Under the pieces are notes generated by a model. That model was not told the origin of the DNA, ran no database searches, and worked only from the letters and a program-made list of their open reading frames with translations. Positions 50,108-62,391 of a stretch of DNA of 64,000 nt are shown here, piece by piece. Positions within the stretch are counted from its first letter, which is position 1. Every line of letters starts with the position of its first letter. Source of the stretch: Octopus sinensis (lineage: Eukaryota); the NCBI RefSeq assembly GCF_006345805.1, contig NC_043023.1, forward strand, positions 19,654,001 through 19,718,000. Reading direction: 5' to 3'. A program made the position numbers and the translations under genes.

Positions 50108-50869
50108 TATACATATATGTATGTATGTCTATATATATATATATATAGAAATATATATATACATACAAATATATATATACATACATATATATATGTATGT
50201 ATGTGCATATATATATATTAGTCACAAGTCAACATCTGTGTGTATATATACAAGGGGGCGATGAAAAGTTCAGAGCTTTAAGGTTATTGCAAAAGGCCTG
50301 GTTGGGGGCCCAACCCTCCGAGTTCTTTTTACAGGGCATAGAAAAAACTGAAGGACCGCTGCAAGAAGTGTGTGAATCTGAGAGGGGAGTATGTTGAATA
50401 AAATCATAATTTACTGATGCTCCTGTATTTTCTACACCCCGTGCCCTGCTTGTGTGTGTGTATGTATACTCTTTTACTTGTTTCAGTCATTTGACTGCGG
50501 CCATGCTGGAGCACCGCCTTTAGTCGAGCAAATCAACCCCGGGACTTATTCTTTGTAAGCCCAGTACTTATTCTATCGGTTCTCTTTTGCCGAACCGCTA
50601 AGTTACGGGGACGTAAAGATACCAGCATCGGTTGTCAAGCGATGTTGGCAGGACAAACACAGACACACAAACATATACACACACACACATATATATATAT
50701 ACATATAACGACAGCTTCTTTCAGTTTCCGTCTACCAAATCCACTCACAAGGCATTGGTCAGCCCGAGGCTATAGCAGAAGACACTTGCCCAAGATGCCA
50801 CGCAGTGGGACTGAACCCGGAACCATGTGGTTGGTTAGCAAGCTACTTACCACACAGCCACTCCTGCGC

Positions 50870-50911
<42 letters not shown>

Positions 50912-51128
50912 ATAAGGGATTAGCAACAGGTTGCTTGACCACATACCGAAAATTTTAGAAATAGCAGCCAAAAGACTACAATTTCCTTTTTCTACAAAAA
51001 TGTCTCCACAGACAACAACATTTGTAACTCACACATGGCAAAAAGAAGGAAAATGTGACTTACAAATATTGTTGTCTGTGGAGACATACATGCATATATG
51101 GGTACAGAAACGAAAATATATAAACAAA

Positions 51129-51170
<42 letters not shown>

Positions 51171-51197
51171 AAAAAGGAGATGTGGAACACGAGTTGG

Positions 51198-51497
51198 ATA
51201 TATAAAATAAGGAAATGAAGAAAATGCTGACAAAATAATTTAAGTAATTTAATTAGGTGAGAGTTCTTTTTACCGGTTGCGCATTTGTTATGCTTATCAA
51301 AAGATATTTTTAAGAGAGATAGAGTTCCTTTCTGATAGATAAGAGGAAAAAAATCTATCAGAAAGGAACTCTATCTCTCTTAAAAAAATATCTTTTGATA
51401 ATCATAACAAATGCGCAACCGGTAAAAAGAACTCTCACCTAATTAAATTACTTAAATTATTTTGTCAGCATTTTCTTCATTTCCTTATTTTATATAT
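51198..51497. repeat. Near-perfect 300-bp palindrome (143/145-bp arms, 12-nt loop)
   Basis: 51198-51340 is the reverse complement of 51353-51497, with one mismatch and a 2-nt homopolymer indel. The loop is AAGAGGAAAAAA. Confidence 0.95.
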
Positions 51498-51771
51498 ATA
51501 TATATATAGATATGTATGTATGTATGTATATATATATATTTCTTTACAACCACAAGGGGCTAAACACAGAGGGGACAAACAAGGACAGACAAAGGGATTA
51601 AGTCGACTACATCGACCCCAGTGCGTAACTGGTACTTAATTTATCGACCCCGAAAGGATGAAAGGCAAAGTCGACCTCGGCGGAATTTGAACTCGGAACG
51701 TAACGACAGACGAAATACGGCTACGAATTTCGCCCGGCGTGCTAACGTTTCTACCAGCTCGCCGCCTTATG

Positions 51772-51811
<40 letters not shown>

Positions 51812-52139
51812 TGTATTGTATATATATATGTATGTATGTATGTATATATATGTACACACACATATATAAACGACAGGCTTCTTTCAGTTTCCATGTAGCC
51901 AATCCATTATGAAGGTTTTGGTCAGCCCGAGGCTATAGTAGAAGACACTTGCCCAAGGTGCCACGCAGTGGGACTGAACCCAAAACCATGTGGTTGGGAA
52001 GTAAGCTTCTTACTACACAATCACACTTCCACCTATATATATATACACATATACATATATATATATATATACACATATATACATACATACACACACACAT
52101 ATACTGTCACAAATGGAAGATGAGGGACCCAATTTCTTG

Positions 52140-52342
52140 CCCAAGAACCTGTACAAAAGATTTGTTTATAGTGATCAAATCAACATTGTCTGGACAGGTG
52201 TTCCACGCGTCAGGTGTCAAAGTGATCCCAGAGCAAATTGAGATGAAGGGTTTTGTTCAAGAACACAATGTACCGCCCAGTCCAGGAATTGAACCGACAA
52301 TCTTTATTGTGAGTGCATCACCCTAACCACTAGGTCATGTGC
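52140..52342 (-). mobile_element. Degenerate fourth tRNA-head SINE
   Basis: Minus strand GGCACATGACCTAGTGGTTAGG...GGTTCAATTCC followed by a CORE-like TGTGTTCTTGAACAAAAC. Confidence 0.5.
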
Positions 52343-52604
52343 CCGCAAATACACATATATAAACACACACATACATTGCTCCAAACACGACCATCACCGC
52401 AGTCAGGTGTACATTTTTAAGTCAAAGTAGAAGAGACTCGTCCAAAGTGCCACAAGGTGGAATTGAACTTGGAACCAGAGAGTTGCAAAGCAAACTTAAT
52501 ATCCACATACAAACATCTATAAATACACACACACAGAACCACACACACACATTTACATACACATACACACAGTTCTGACTATGGCCATCACTGCAGATCA
52601 GTCC

Positions 52605-53140
52605 AGTCCAGTCCTGTCCAGTCTAGTCTAGTCCTGTGCTGTCCAGTCCAGTCCTGTCCAGTCCAGTCTAGTCCAGTCCTGTGCTGTCCAGTCCAGTCCA
52701 GTCCTGTCTAGTCCAGTCCTGTGCTGTCCAGGCCAGTCCAGTCCTGTCTAGTCCAGTCCAGTCTAGTCCAGTCCTGTCCTGTCCAGTCCAGTCCTGTCCT
52801 GTCCAGTCCAGTCCTGTCCAGTCTAGTCCAGTCCTGTGCTGTCCAGTCAGGTCTTCTAGTCCAGTCCAGTCCTGTCCAGTCTAGTCCAGTCCAGTCCAGT
52901 CCAGTCCAGTGCTGTCCAGTCCTGTCCAGTCCAGTCCAGTCCTGTCCAGTCCAGTCCTGTCTAGTCCAGTCCAGTCCTGTCCAGTCTAGTCCAGTCCAGT
53001 CCTGTCCAGTCTAGTCCAGTCCTGTGCTGTCCTGTCCAGTCTAGTCCAGTCCTGTGCTGTCCAGTCCAGTTCTGTCCAGTCCAGTCCTGTCCAGTCCAGT
53101 CCAGTCCAGTCCAGTCTTGTCCTGTCCAATCCACTCCATT
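52605..53140. repeat. (GTCCA)n-type pentanucleotide repeat
   Basis: Direct inspection. Confidence 0.95.
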
Positions 53141-53368
53141 CTAATTCCAGCTCCAACAGTCAAACTATTTTTCAGAGGGGTGCTGCTGCAGCTGGGGCTT
53201 GTTTCAACTCACAGCCAGAATCTCTAAGGAACACAGGACAAAGCAGTGAGCCATGATGGTGGTAGGAGGGAGTGAAGGGGAGGGGGGAGAGAAAGAGGGA
53301 GCGATGGCCGGTCCTGATCTGTGGTGGTTGTTCTGTTTTGCATTTTCTTGTTTCCCTTTGCTGGTTCT

Positions 53369-53391
53369 TCAGAGAGAGACATCAGCCAGAA
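53369..53391 (-). CDS. LIN54: Candidate LIN54 terminal exon (…K|VLADVSL*)
   Basis: ctctctctcttccag|TT CTG GCT GAT GTC TCT CTC TGA. This is the first AG after a ~1.48-kb AG-free pyrimidine tract and is phase-compatible with the donor at 54943. No homology support for these residues. Confidence 0.5.
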
Positions 53392-53395
53392 CTGG

Positions 53396-53642
53396 AAGAG
53401 AGAGAGGGAGAGAGAGTGAGAGAGAGAGAGTAGTAATTGGAGAGAGAGAGAGAGAGAGAGTAGTAATTGGAGAGAGAGGAGAGAGTAGTAATTGGAGAGA
53501 GAGAGAGAGAGTAGTAATTGGAGAGAGAGAGAGTAGTATTTGGAGAGAGAGAGAGAGTAGTAATTGGAGAGAGAGAGAGTAGTAATTGGAGAGAGAGAGG
53601 AAAGAGTAGTAATTGGAGAGAGAGAGAGAAGAGAGTAGTAAT

Positions 53643-53676
<34 letters not shown>

Positions 53677-54199
53677 TATTTGGAGAGAGAGAGTAGTATT
53701 GGGAGAGAGAGAGAGAGTAGTAATTGGAGAGAGAGAGAGAGAGTAGTAATTGGAGAGAGAGAGAGAGTAGTAATTGAGAGGGAGAGAGGAGTAGTAATTG
53801 GAGAGAGAGAGAGAGTAGTAATTGGAGAGAGAGAGAGAGTAGTAATTGGAGAGAGAGAGAGTAGTAATTGGAGAGAGAGGAGAGAGTAGTAATTGGAGAG
53901 AGAGAGAGTAGTAATTGGAGAGTAGTAATTGGAGAGAGAGAGTAGTATTTGGAGAGAGAGAGAGAGAGTAGTAATTGGAGAGAGAGAGAGAGTAGTAATT
54001 GGAGAGAGAGAGAGAGAGTAGTAATTTGAGAGAGAGAGAGAGTAGTAATTGGAGAGAGAGAGAGAGAGAGAGAGAGTTATAATAATGATAGAGAGATTAC
54101 ATGTTATAGAGAGAGAGGAGTACAATGTTAATGAGAGAGAGAAAGTAAAAGAGAGGGAGGCAGAGAGAGGGAGAAAGTAAGAGAGGGAGAGAAAAGACA

Positions 54200-54235
<36 letters not shown>

Positions 54236-54875
54236 ATATATATATGTTAGAGAGAGAGAGAGTAGTAATTGGGTGGGGGAAGAAAGAGAGAGTTATAATA
54301 ATGATAAAGAGAGATATACATGTTATAGAGAGAGAGAAAGTAAAAGAGAGGGAGGCAGAGAGAGAGAGAGAAAGTAAGAGAGGGAGGCAGAGAGAGAGAA
54401 AGTAAGAGAAGGAGGCAGAGAGAGAGAGAAATAAGAGAGGGAGGCAGAGAGAGAAATAAAGTAAGAGAGGGAGGCAGAGAGAGAGAAATAAGAGAGGGAG
54501 GCAGAGAGAGAAAGAAAGTAAGAGAGGAAGGCAGAGAGAGAGAAAGTAAGAGAAGGGAGGCAGAGAGAGAGAGAAATAAGAGAGGGAGGCAGAGAGAGAG
54601 AGAATAAGAGAGGGAGGCAGAGAGGAGAGAGAGAGAAAGTAAGAGAGGAAAGGCAGAGAGAGGGAGAAATAAGAGAGAGAGAGAAAGTAAGAGAGGGAGG
54701 CAGAGAGAGAAAGTAAGAGAGGGAGGCAGAGAGGGAGACAGAGAGTAAGAGAGGCAGAGAAAAGACAAATAGACAGAGAGAGAGAGAGAGAAAGTAAGAG
54801 GCAGAGAGTGAGAAAGTAAGAGAGACAGAGAAAAGACAAATAGAGAGAAGGGGGGAGAGAGAGAGAGAGAGAGAA
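53396..54875. repeat. GA-rich compound repeat, ~1.5 kb (pyrimidine tract on the LIN54 strand)
   Basis: (GA)n interspersed with GTAGTAATTGG, then GGCAGAG/GTAAGAG units. Confidence 0.95.
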
Positions 54876-54920
54876 ACCTAAAATTAACAGTGAAATGACA
54901 TCCACTTTGTTTCATGACCA

Positions 54921-55119
54921 TCACCACTGATGGATTTCCTCACCTTTTGTTTTATGCGCCGAATCAATGATTCTCATTAGACATCGACCGAATTCCTCAA
55001 TCACCATCCGTTCCTGGACGACGGTGGGCAGCTTCAGCTTCTCAGACTCTTCAGCTCTGGCCATCAGGCAGACGCACGTCTCCTCCACCACATCACTTGT
55101 TACGAACGTGTAAGGCAAC
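54921..55119 (-). CDS. LIN54: LIN54 exon, C-terminal helix (ends at stop 54921, or splices at 54944)
   Basis: Acceptor tgttccag|G. Encodes LPYTFVTSDVVEETCVCLMARAEESEKLKLPTVVQERMVIEEFGRCLMRIIDSAHKTK, compare LIN54 LPFTFVT...EEFGRCLM. Continues GEEIHQW* unless the AAAG|gtgagg donor at 54943 is used. Confidence 0.9.
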
Positions 55120-55129
55120 CTGGAACAGG

Positions 55130-56570
55130 ACAGACCATGGGTTAAACAACAACAACAACAACAATAACAACAACAACTATAGCCACTATACTAAACATCG
55201 GATAATGTAGTCCTAGATACACTATGCCTGAATAAAAAACGAGATGGTCACAGATGGAGCGTCTTTGATGATGTGTCTGCTGGATCAGGACTGACCATGG
55301 GTTAAACATCAACAACTATAGCCACTATACTAAACATTGGATAATGTAGTCCTAGATACACTATGCCTGAATAAAAAACGAGATGGTCACAGATGGAGCG
55401 TCTTTGAACACAGGCCTGTCTGGATCAGGCCTGACCTGGAGTTAAACAACAACTCTAGCCACTAATACTAACTACAATACTATACATTGGATAATGTAGT
55501 CCTAGATACACTATGCCTGAATAAAAGGAGGGATGGTCACATTGGAACATCTTTGATCATGTGTCTGCTGGATCAGGACTGACCATGGGTTAAACATCAA
55601 CAACTATAGCCACTATACTAAACATTGGATAATGTAGTCCTAGATACACTATGCCTGAATAAAAAACGAGATGGTCACAGATGGAGCGTCTTTGAACACA
55701 GGCCTGTCTAGATCAGGCCTGACCTGGAGTTAAACAACAACTCTAGCCACTAATACTAACTACTATACTATACATTAGATAATGTAGTCCTAGATACACT
55801 ATGCCTGAAAAGGAGGGATGGTCACATTGGAACATCTTTGATCATGTGTCTGCTGGATCAGGACTGACCATGGGTTAAACATCAACAACAGCCACTAATA
55901 CTAACTACTATACTATACATTAGATAATGTAGTCCTAGATACACTATGCCTGAATAAAAGATGGGATGGTCACAGCTGGAACATCTTTGATCATAGGTCT
56001 GTCAGGATCAGGACTGACCTGGGGCTAAGCAACACAACTATAGCCACAAATACTTACTACTATACTAAACATTAGATAATGTAGTCCCAGATACACTATG
56101 CATGAATAAAAAACGAGATGGTCACAGCTGGAGCATCTTTGATCTTAGGCCTGTCAGGATCAGGACTGACCTGGGGTTAAACAATAACAGCTATAGCCAC
56201 TAATACTAACTACTATACTAAACATCAGATAATGTAGTCCTAGATACACTATGCATGAATAAAAAACGAGATGGTCACAACTGGACCGTCTTTGATCATA
56301 AGCCTGTCAGGATCAGGACTGACCTGGGGTTAAACAATAACAGCTATAGCCACTAATACTTACTACTATACTAAACATCAGATAACGTAGTCCTAGATAC
56401 ACTATGCCTGAATATAAGATGGAATGGCCACAGCTGGAACATCTTTGATCATAGGTCTGTCTGGATCAGGACTGACCTGGGGTTAAACAACTAAAACCAC
56501 AGCCACTAATACTAACTACTCTACTATACATTGGATAATGTAGTCCTAGATACACTATGCCTGAATAAAA
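55130..56570. repeat. Tandem array, ~10 x ~145-150 bp, same family as 5705-7560 in reverse orientation (LIN54 intron)
   Basis: Unit ...GGATCAGGACTGACCTGGGGTTAAACAAC; alternating variants between 55300 and 55900. Confidence 0.9.
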
Positions 56571-56616
56571 GAAAAGAAAAAGAAATAAAAGGAGGTTAAA
56601 AAAAAAAAGGCCTCAC

Positions 56617-56816
56617 TTTTCTCCGGTGGCGGCAAACATCGGGGGCCGTGATGGTAAACTGGAGATTTGGGAAGAGAGTTTGCTTTTGGCTGCAGTCTGT
56701 TGTTGCACGCGTACTTCTGCTGCATCTGCAAGGTGCATGAGCGTTTTCCGTTCCATGCTCTCCTCAAAATTCTTACAACCAACACACTTGCAGATGCTTG
56801 AGCACATGATCTTTGC
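56617..56816 (-). CDS. LIN54: LIN54 exon, end of CXC2
   Basis: Acceptor ttttccag|GCA, donor GAAAA|gtgagg. Encodes [66 protein letters not shown], nearly identical to the remembered human LIN54 segment. Confidence 0.95.
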
Positions 56817-56857
56817 CTGGAAAATACACACACACACATATATATAAATATTTCCTT

Positions 56858-57341
56858 CTTGTGACACTTGTGAAGACCTGTTGAGGCAAGTGAAAATCAA
56901 AACAAATCAAAATAGATGAACATCAATGGAATTTGTATCTTTGTGGTACCAGTGCCGGTGGCACGTGGCACACAAGAAAACCATCCGAACGTGGCCGTAG
57001 CCAGTACCGCATCGACTGGCCTCCGTGCTGTGGGCACGTAACAAACACCATCCGAGCGTGGCCGTCTGCCAGCCTCATCTGGCACCTGTGTCGGTGGCAC
57101 ATAAAAACACCATCCGAGCGTGGCCGTTTGCCAGCCTCGTCTGGCACCTGTGTCGGTGGCACATAAAATCACCCCCTACACTCTCGGAGTGGTTGGCGTT
57201 AGGAAGGGCATCCAGCTGTAGAAACACTGCCAGATCTGACTGGACTGGTGCAGCTTTCGGGCTCCCCAGACCCCAGTTGAACCGTCCAACCCATGCTAGC
57301 ATGGAAAGCGGACGTTAAATGATGATGATGATGATGATGAT
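56858..57341 (+). mobile_element. Retroposon-like family D with internal ~67-bp subrepeats and a (GAT)n 3' tail (also at ~2486-2962, 11400-11638, 17720-18150, 37317-37935, 48205-48395)
   Basis: Shared ...CCATGCTAGCATGGAAAGCGGACGTTAAA(C/T)GATGATG end and the CCACGTTCGGATGGTG subrepeat. Confidence 0.7.
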
Positions 57342-57429
57342 ATCTATATAAATAAAATTGAAATTCTGTCCGTCTGGGACTCCTGTATATCAGCCTACAT
57401 TTGCCCTACATAGACATAATATACCGTTC

Positions 57430-60400
57430 TTATTTCTTTGTTGCCCACAAGGGGCTAAACATAGAGGGGACAAACAAGGACAGACAAAGGGATTATGTCA
57501 ATAACATCGACCCCAGTGCGTAACTGGTATTTAATTTATTGAACCTGAAAGAATGAAAGGCAAAGTCGACCTCGGCGGGATTTGAACTCAGAAAGTAAAG
57601 ACAGACGAAATACTGCTAAGCATTTCGCCCGGTGTGCTAACGTTTCTTATTTCTTTAATGCAACGGGGCTAAACATAGAGGGGACAAACAAGGACAGACA
57701 AAGGAGATTAAGTCAATAACATCGACCCCCAGTGCGTAACTGGTACTTAATTTATTGAAACCGGAGAATGAAAGGCAAAGTCGACCTCGGCGGAATTTGA
57801 ACTCAGAAAGTAAAGACAGACGAAATACTGCTAGCTAAGATTTCGCCCGGTGTGCTAACGTTTCTTATTTCTTTAATGCTTACAAGGGGCTAAACATAGA
57901 GGGGACAAACAAGGACAGACAAAGGGATTAAGAAGATAACATCGACCCCCCAGTGCGTAACTGGTACTTAATTTATTGAACCTGAAAGAATGAAAGGCAA
58001 AGTCGACCTCGCGGAATTTGAACTCAGAAAGTAAAGACAGACGAAATACTAAGCATTTCGCCGGTGTGCTAACGTTTCTTATTCTTTAATGCTTACAAGG
58101 GGCTAAACATAGAGGGGACAAACAAGGACAGACAAAGGGATTAAGAAGATAACATCGACCCCCCAGTGCGTAACTGGTACTTAATTTATTGAACCTGAAA
58201 GAATGAAAGGTAAAGTCGACCTCGGCGGAATTTGAACTCAGAAAGTAAAGACACGAAATACTGCTAAGCATTTCGCCGGTGTGCTAACGTTTCTTATTTC
58301 TTTAATGCTTACAAGGGGCCTAAACATAGAGGGGACAAACAAGGACAGACAAAGGGATTAAGAAGATAACATCGACCCCCCAGTGCGTAACTGTACTTAA
58401 TTATTGAACCTGAAAGAATGAAAGGCAAAGTCGACCTCGGCGGAATTGAACTCAGAAAGTAAAGACACGAAATACTGCTAAGCATTTCGCCCGGTGTGCT
58501 AACGTTTCTTATTTCTTTAATGCTTACAAGGGGCTAAACATAGAGGGGACAAACAAGGACAGACAAAGGGATTAAGTCGATAACATCGACCCCCAGTGCG
58601 TAACTGGTACTTAATTTATTGAACCTGAGAGAATGAAAGGCAAAGTCGACCTCGGCGGAATTTGAACTCAGAAAGTAAAGACACGAAATACTGCTAAGCA
58701 TTTCGCCCGGTGTGCTAACGTTTCTTATTTCTTTAATGCTTACAAGGGGCTAAACATAGAGGGGACAAACAAGGACAGACAAAGGGATTATGTCAATAAC
58801 ATCGACCCCAGTGCGTAACTGGTATTTAATTTATTGAACCTGAAAGAATGAAAGGCAAAGTCGACCTCGGCGGAATTTGGAACTCAGAAGTAAAGACAGA
58901 CGAAATACTGCTAAGCATTTCGCCCGGTTGTCTAACGTTTCTTATTTCTTTAATGCTTACAAGGGGCTAAACATAGAGGGGACAAACAGGACAGACAAAG
59001 GGATTAAGAAGATAACATCGACCCCCCCATGTGTCGTAACTGTACTTAATTTATTGAACCTGAAAGAATGAAAGGCAAAGTCGACCTCGGCGGAATTTGA
59101 ACTCAGAAGTAAAGACACGAAATACTGCTAGCATTTCGCCCGGTTGTGATCTAACGTTTCTTATTTCTTTAATGCTTACAAGGGGCTAAACATAGAGGGG
59201 ACAAACAAGGACAGACAAAGGGATTAAGTCGATAACATCGACCCCCAGTGCGTAACTGGTTACTTAATTTATTGAACCTGAGAGAATGAAAGGCAAAGTC
59301 GACCTCGGCGGAATTTGAACTCAGAAAGTAAAGACACGAAATACTGCTAAGCATTTCGCCCGGTGTGCTAACGTTTCTTATTTCTTTAATGCTACAAGGG
59401 GCTAAACATAGAGGGGACACAAACAGACAAAGACAAGGATTATGTCAATACATCGACCCCAGTGCGTAACTGGTATTTAATTTATTGAACCTGAAAGAAT
59501 GAAAGGCAAAGTCGACCTCGGCGGAATTTGAACTCAGAAAGTAAAGACAGACGAAATACTGCTAAGCATTTCGCCCGGTGTGCTAACGTTTCTTATTTCT
59601 TTAATGCTTACAAGGGGCTAAACATAGAGGGGACAAACAAGGACAGACAAAGGGATTAAGTCGATAACATCGACCCCCAGTGCGTAACTGGTACTTAATT
59701 TATTGAACCTGAGAGAATGAAAGGCAAAGTCGACCTCGGCGGAATTTGAACTCAGAAAGTAAAGACAGACAAAATACTGCTAAGCATTTCGCCCGGTGTG
59801 CTAACGTTTCTTATTTCTTTAATGCTTACAAGGGGCTAAACATAGAGGGGACAAACAAGGACAGACAAAGGGATTAAGTCGATAACATCGACCCCCCAGT
59901 GCGTAACTGGTACTTAATTTATTGAACCTGAAAGAATGAAAGGCAAAGTCGACCTCGGTGGAATTTGAACTCAGAAAGTAAAGACAGACAAAATACTGCT
60001 AAGCATTTCGCCCGGTGTGCTAACGTTTCTTATTTCTTTAATGCTTACAAGGGGCTAAACATAGAGGGGACAAACAAGGACAGACAAAGGGATTAAGTCG
60101 ATAACATCGACCCCCAGTGCGTAACTGGTACTTAATTTATTGAACCTGAAAGAATGAAAGGCAAAGTCGACCTCGGTGGAATTTGAACTCAGAATGTAAG
60201 GACAGACAAAATACCGCAAAGCATTTCGCCCGGTGTGCTAACGTTTCTTATTTCTTTAATGCTTACAAGGGGCTAAACATAGAGGGGACAAACAAGGACA
60301 GACAAAGGGATTAAGAAGATAACATCGACCCCCCAATGCGTAACTGGTACTTAATTTATTGAACCTGAAAGAATGAAAGGCAAAGTCGACCTCGGTGGAA

Positions 60401-60790
60401 TTTGAACTCAGAATGTAAGGACAGACAAAATACCGCAAAGCATTTCACCTGGTGTGCTAATGTTTATTATTTCTTTGTTGCCAACAAGGGGCTAAACATA
60501 GAGGGAACAAACAAGGACAGACAAAAGGATTGACCCCAGTGCGTAACTGGTACTTATTTAATCGACCCCGAAAGGGTGACGGGCAAAGTCAACCTCGACG
60601 GAATTTGAACTCAGAACGTAGCAGCAGATGAAATACCGCTAAGCATATTGCCCAGCGTGTTAACGTTTCTTTTTTTTTTTTCATTTACCACAAGGGGCTA
60701 AACATAGAGGGGACAAACAAGGACAGACAAAAGGATTAAATCGATTATATTGACCCCAGTGCATAACTGGTACTTGAAATTTTCCCAGAA
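57430..60790 (-). repeat. Tandem array of 16 near-complete SINE-C units, ~217 bp (LIN54 intron)
   Basis: The GGGGCTAAAC marker recurs 16 times at ~217-bp spacing. Confidence 0.92.
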
Positions 60791-60947
60791 TCCTTTTTAG
60801 CGCCAACTGAAGAATATCATAGGAAAAAGCAGTCATGAAGCACAGGTTGACAACAGATTTGTGGGAGACACCCAAATTCTTTGACCGATTCTGTGTCTGT
60901 GACAAGCCTTGTTTTGGATCACAACTGACTTCAACAACAGCAGCACT

Positions 60948-61313
60948 GGAGGTGCAATGGCCCAGTGGTTAGGGCAGCGGACTCACGGTTGGAGGATCGC
61001 GGTTTCAATTCCCAAACCAGGCGTTGTGTGTGCTTATTGAGCGAAAACACCTAAAGCTCCACGAGGCTCCGGCATGGGTTGGTGGCGACCCCTGCTGTAC
61101 TCTTTCGCCCCAACTTTCTCTCACTCTTTCTTCCTGTTTCTTGTCCCCGACTTCTTACGCAACCGCTGAGCCTGGATGTGCATCCATCCATCCGTCGATG
61201 CTCTCAGTGTCGGGGGTTGACCTGCTTTCTCTTCTGCGGGTCTTACGAATAGCAAAGGACCACGTTTCGGACTTCTCCCACAAACAAACAAGCAGCAACA
61301 ACAAGAACAACAA
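60948..61313 (+). mobile_element. SINE-B head with tail type 3, ending beside a LIN54 donor site
   Basis: Head shared with the two copies above; tail ...GCAAAGGACCACGTTTCGG... followed by an (AAC)-rich end. Confidence 0.75.
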
Positions 61314-61318
61314 CTCAC

Positions 61319-61413
61319 CTCGTAGCATTCGCAATAATTCTTCAGACAGCCGGACCGTTTGCAGTTGCAGCCCTTGTTGTGGCGCCGATCGCCATCACCG
61401 TCTTTGCCTTTAC
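61319..61413 (-). CDS. LIN54: LIN54 exon, start of CXC2
   Basis: Acceptor ctcttctacag|GT, donor TACGAG|gtgagt. Encodes [32 protein letters not shown]. Confidence 0.93.
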
Positions 61414-61786
61414 CTGTAGAAGAGTGTGGAGGAGAGAAAAATGGTAGACGTGAGTGGTGGTGGTGGTAATGGTAGTGGTTGTGGTGGTAGTGGTTGTGGT
61501 GGTGGTGGTAGTGGTGGTGGTGGTAGTGTTCACTGGTCTCCTCTGACCCTAATTAGGGGCACATACATATGTATGTGTGTGTATATGTTTGTGTGTCTGT
61601 GTCCCCCCCTTCTTCACTTGACAACTGATGTTGGTGTGTTTACGTTCCCGTAACTTAGTGGTTCGGCAAAAGAGACCGATAGAATAAGTACTAGGCTCAC
61701 AAAGAATAAGTCCTGGAGTCAGTTTGCTCGACAAAAGGCAGTGCTTCAGCATGGCTGCAGTCAAATGACACAGACACACAAACATA

Positions 61787-62093
61787 TCTTTATATATAAA
61801 ATTGAAGTTGAGTGTGTGAGACTCTGTCTCCTCCGATTTAGATTCCTAACTACTCCCACATTTTGCGGTGCAGTTTAACCAAAAGCGGGTATCTTATAGT
61901 CGTGATTCATATCGAGCCCTTCTGGGTATTAGCGCGCGTCTACAATGAGTCTATGATTTTAAAAAAAATTTACCATAATTTTTCCGCATTTTTAATGATT
62001 TTTGCTCGGGTTATATAAGGGAAGTAACTCTCTAAAAATGCTTATATAGTTATTTCCCTTACAAACCCGAGCAACGCCAGGCGATACTGCTAG
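61787..62093 (+). mobile_element. Non-autonomous Helitron, short H1 variant (LIN54 intron)
   Basis: A|TC start, hairpin and CTAG|T end; lacks the middle segment. Confidence 0.8.
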
Positions 62094-62224
62094 TATATTA
62101 TACATATATACGACAGGCTTCTTTCAGTTTCCGGGAACAACGGGAATAAATAAGAACTACACCTGACAGGGCCCAAACATTCTACCTGTTTTATATTCAA
62201 ACATGACAACATACGCACCTTTAC

Positions 62225-62370
62225 CAATCTTTGGGTGGAAAGCCAGAGGGTTGCGATCGAGGCAGGCCTTGATGGCGCGGGACCGCTCCTCTTCGTGTTC
62301 CAGGTTGTTAGCACAGTTCGTACAGTTGCAGTTGTGACAGAACTCACCATTTGCAAAGCAATCACAATAC
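62225..62370 (-). CDS. LIN54: LIN54 exon, CXC1 and RNPxAFxPK linker
   Basis: Acceptor tttgcag|G. Encodes [48 protein letters not shown]. Donor at 62224, with an alternative in-frame donor at 62218. Confidence 0.93.
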
Positions 62371-62391
62371 CTGCAAATGAAAAGCAAAGCT

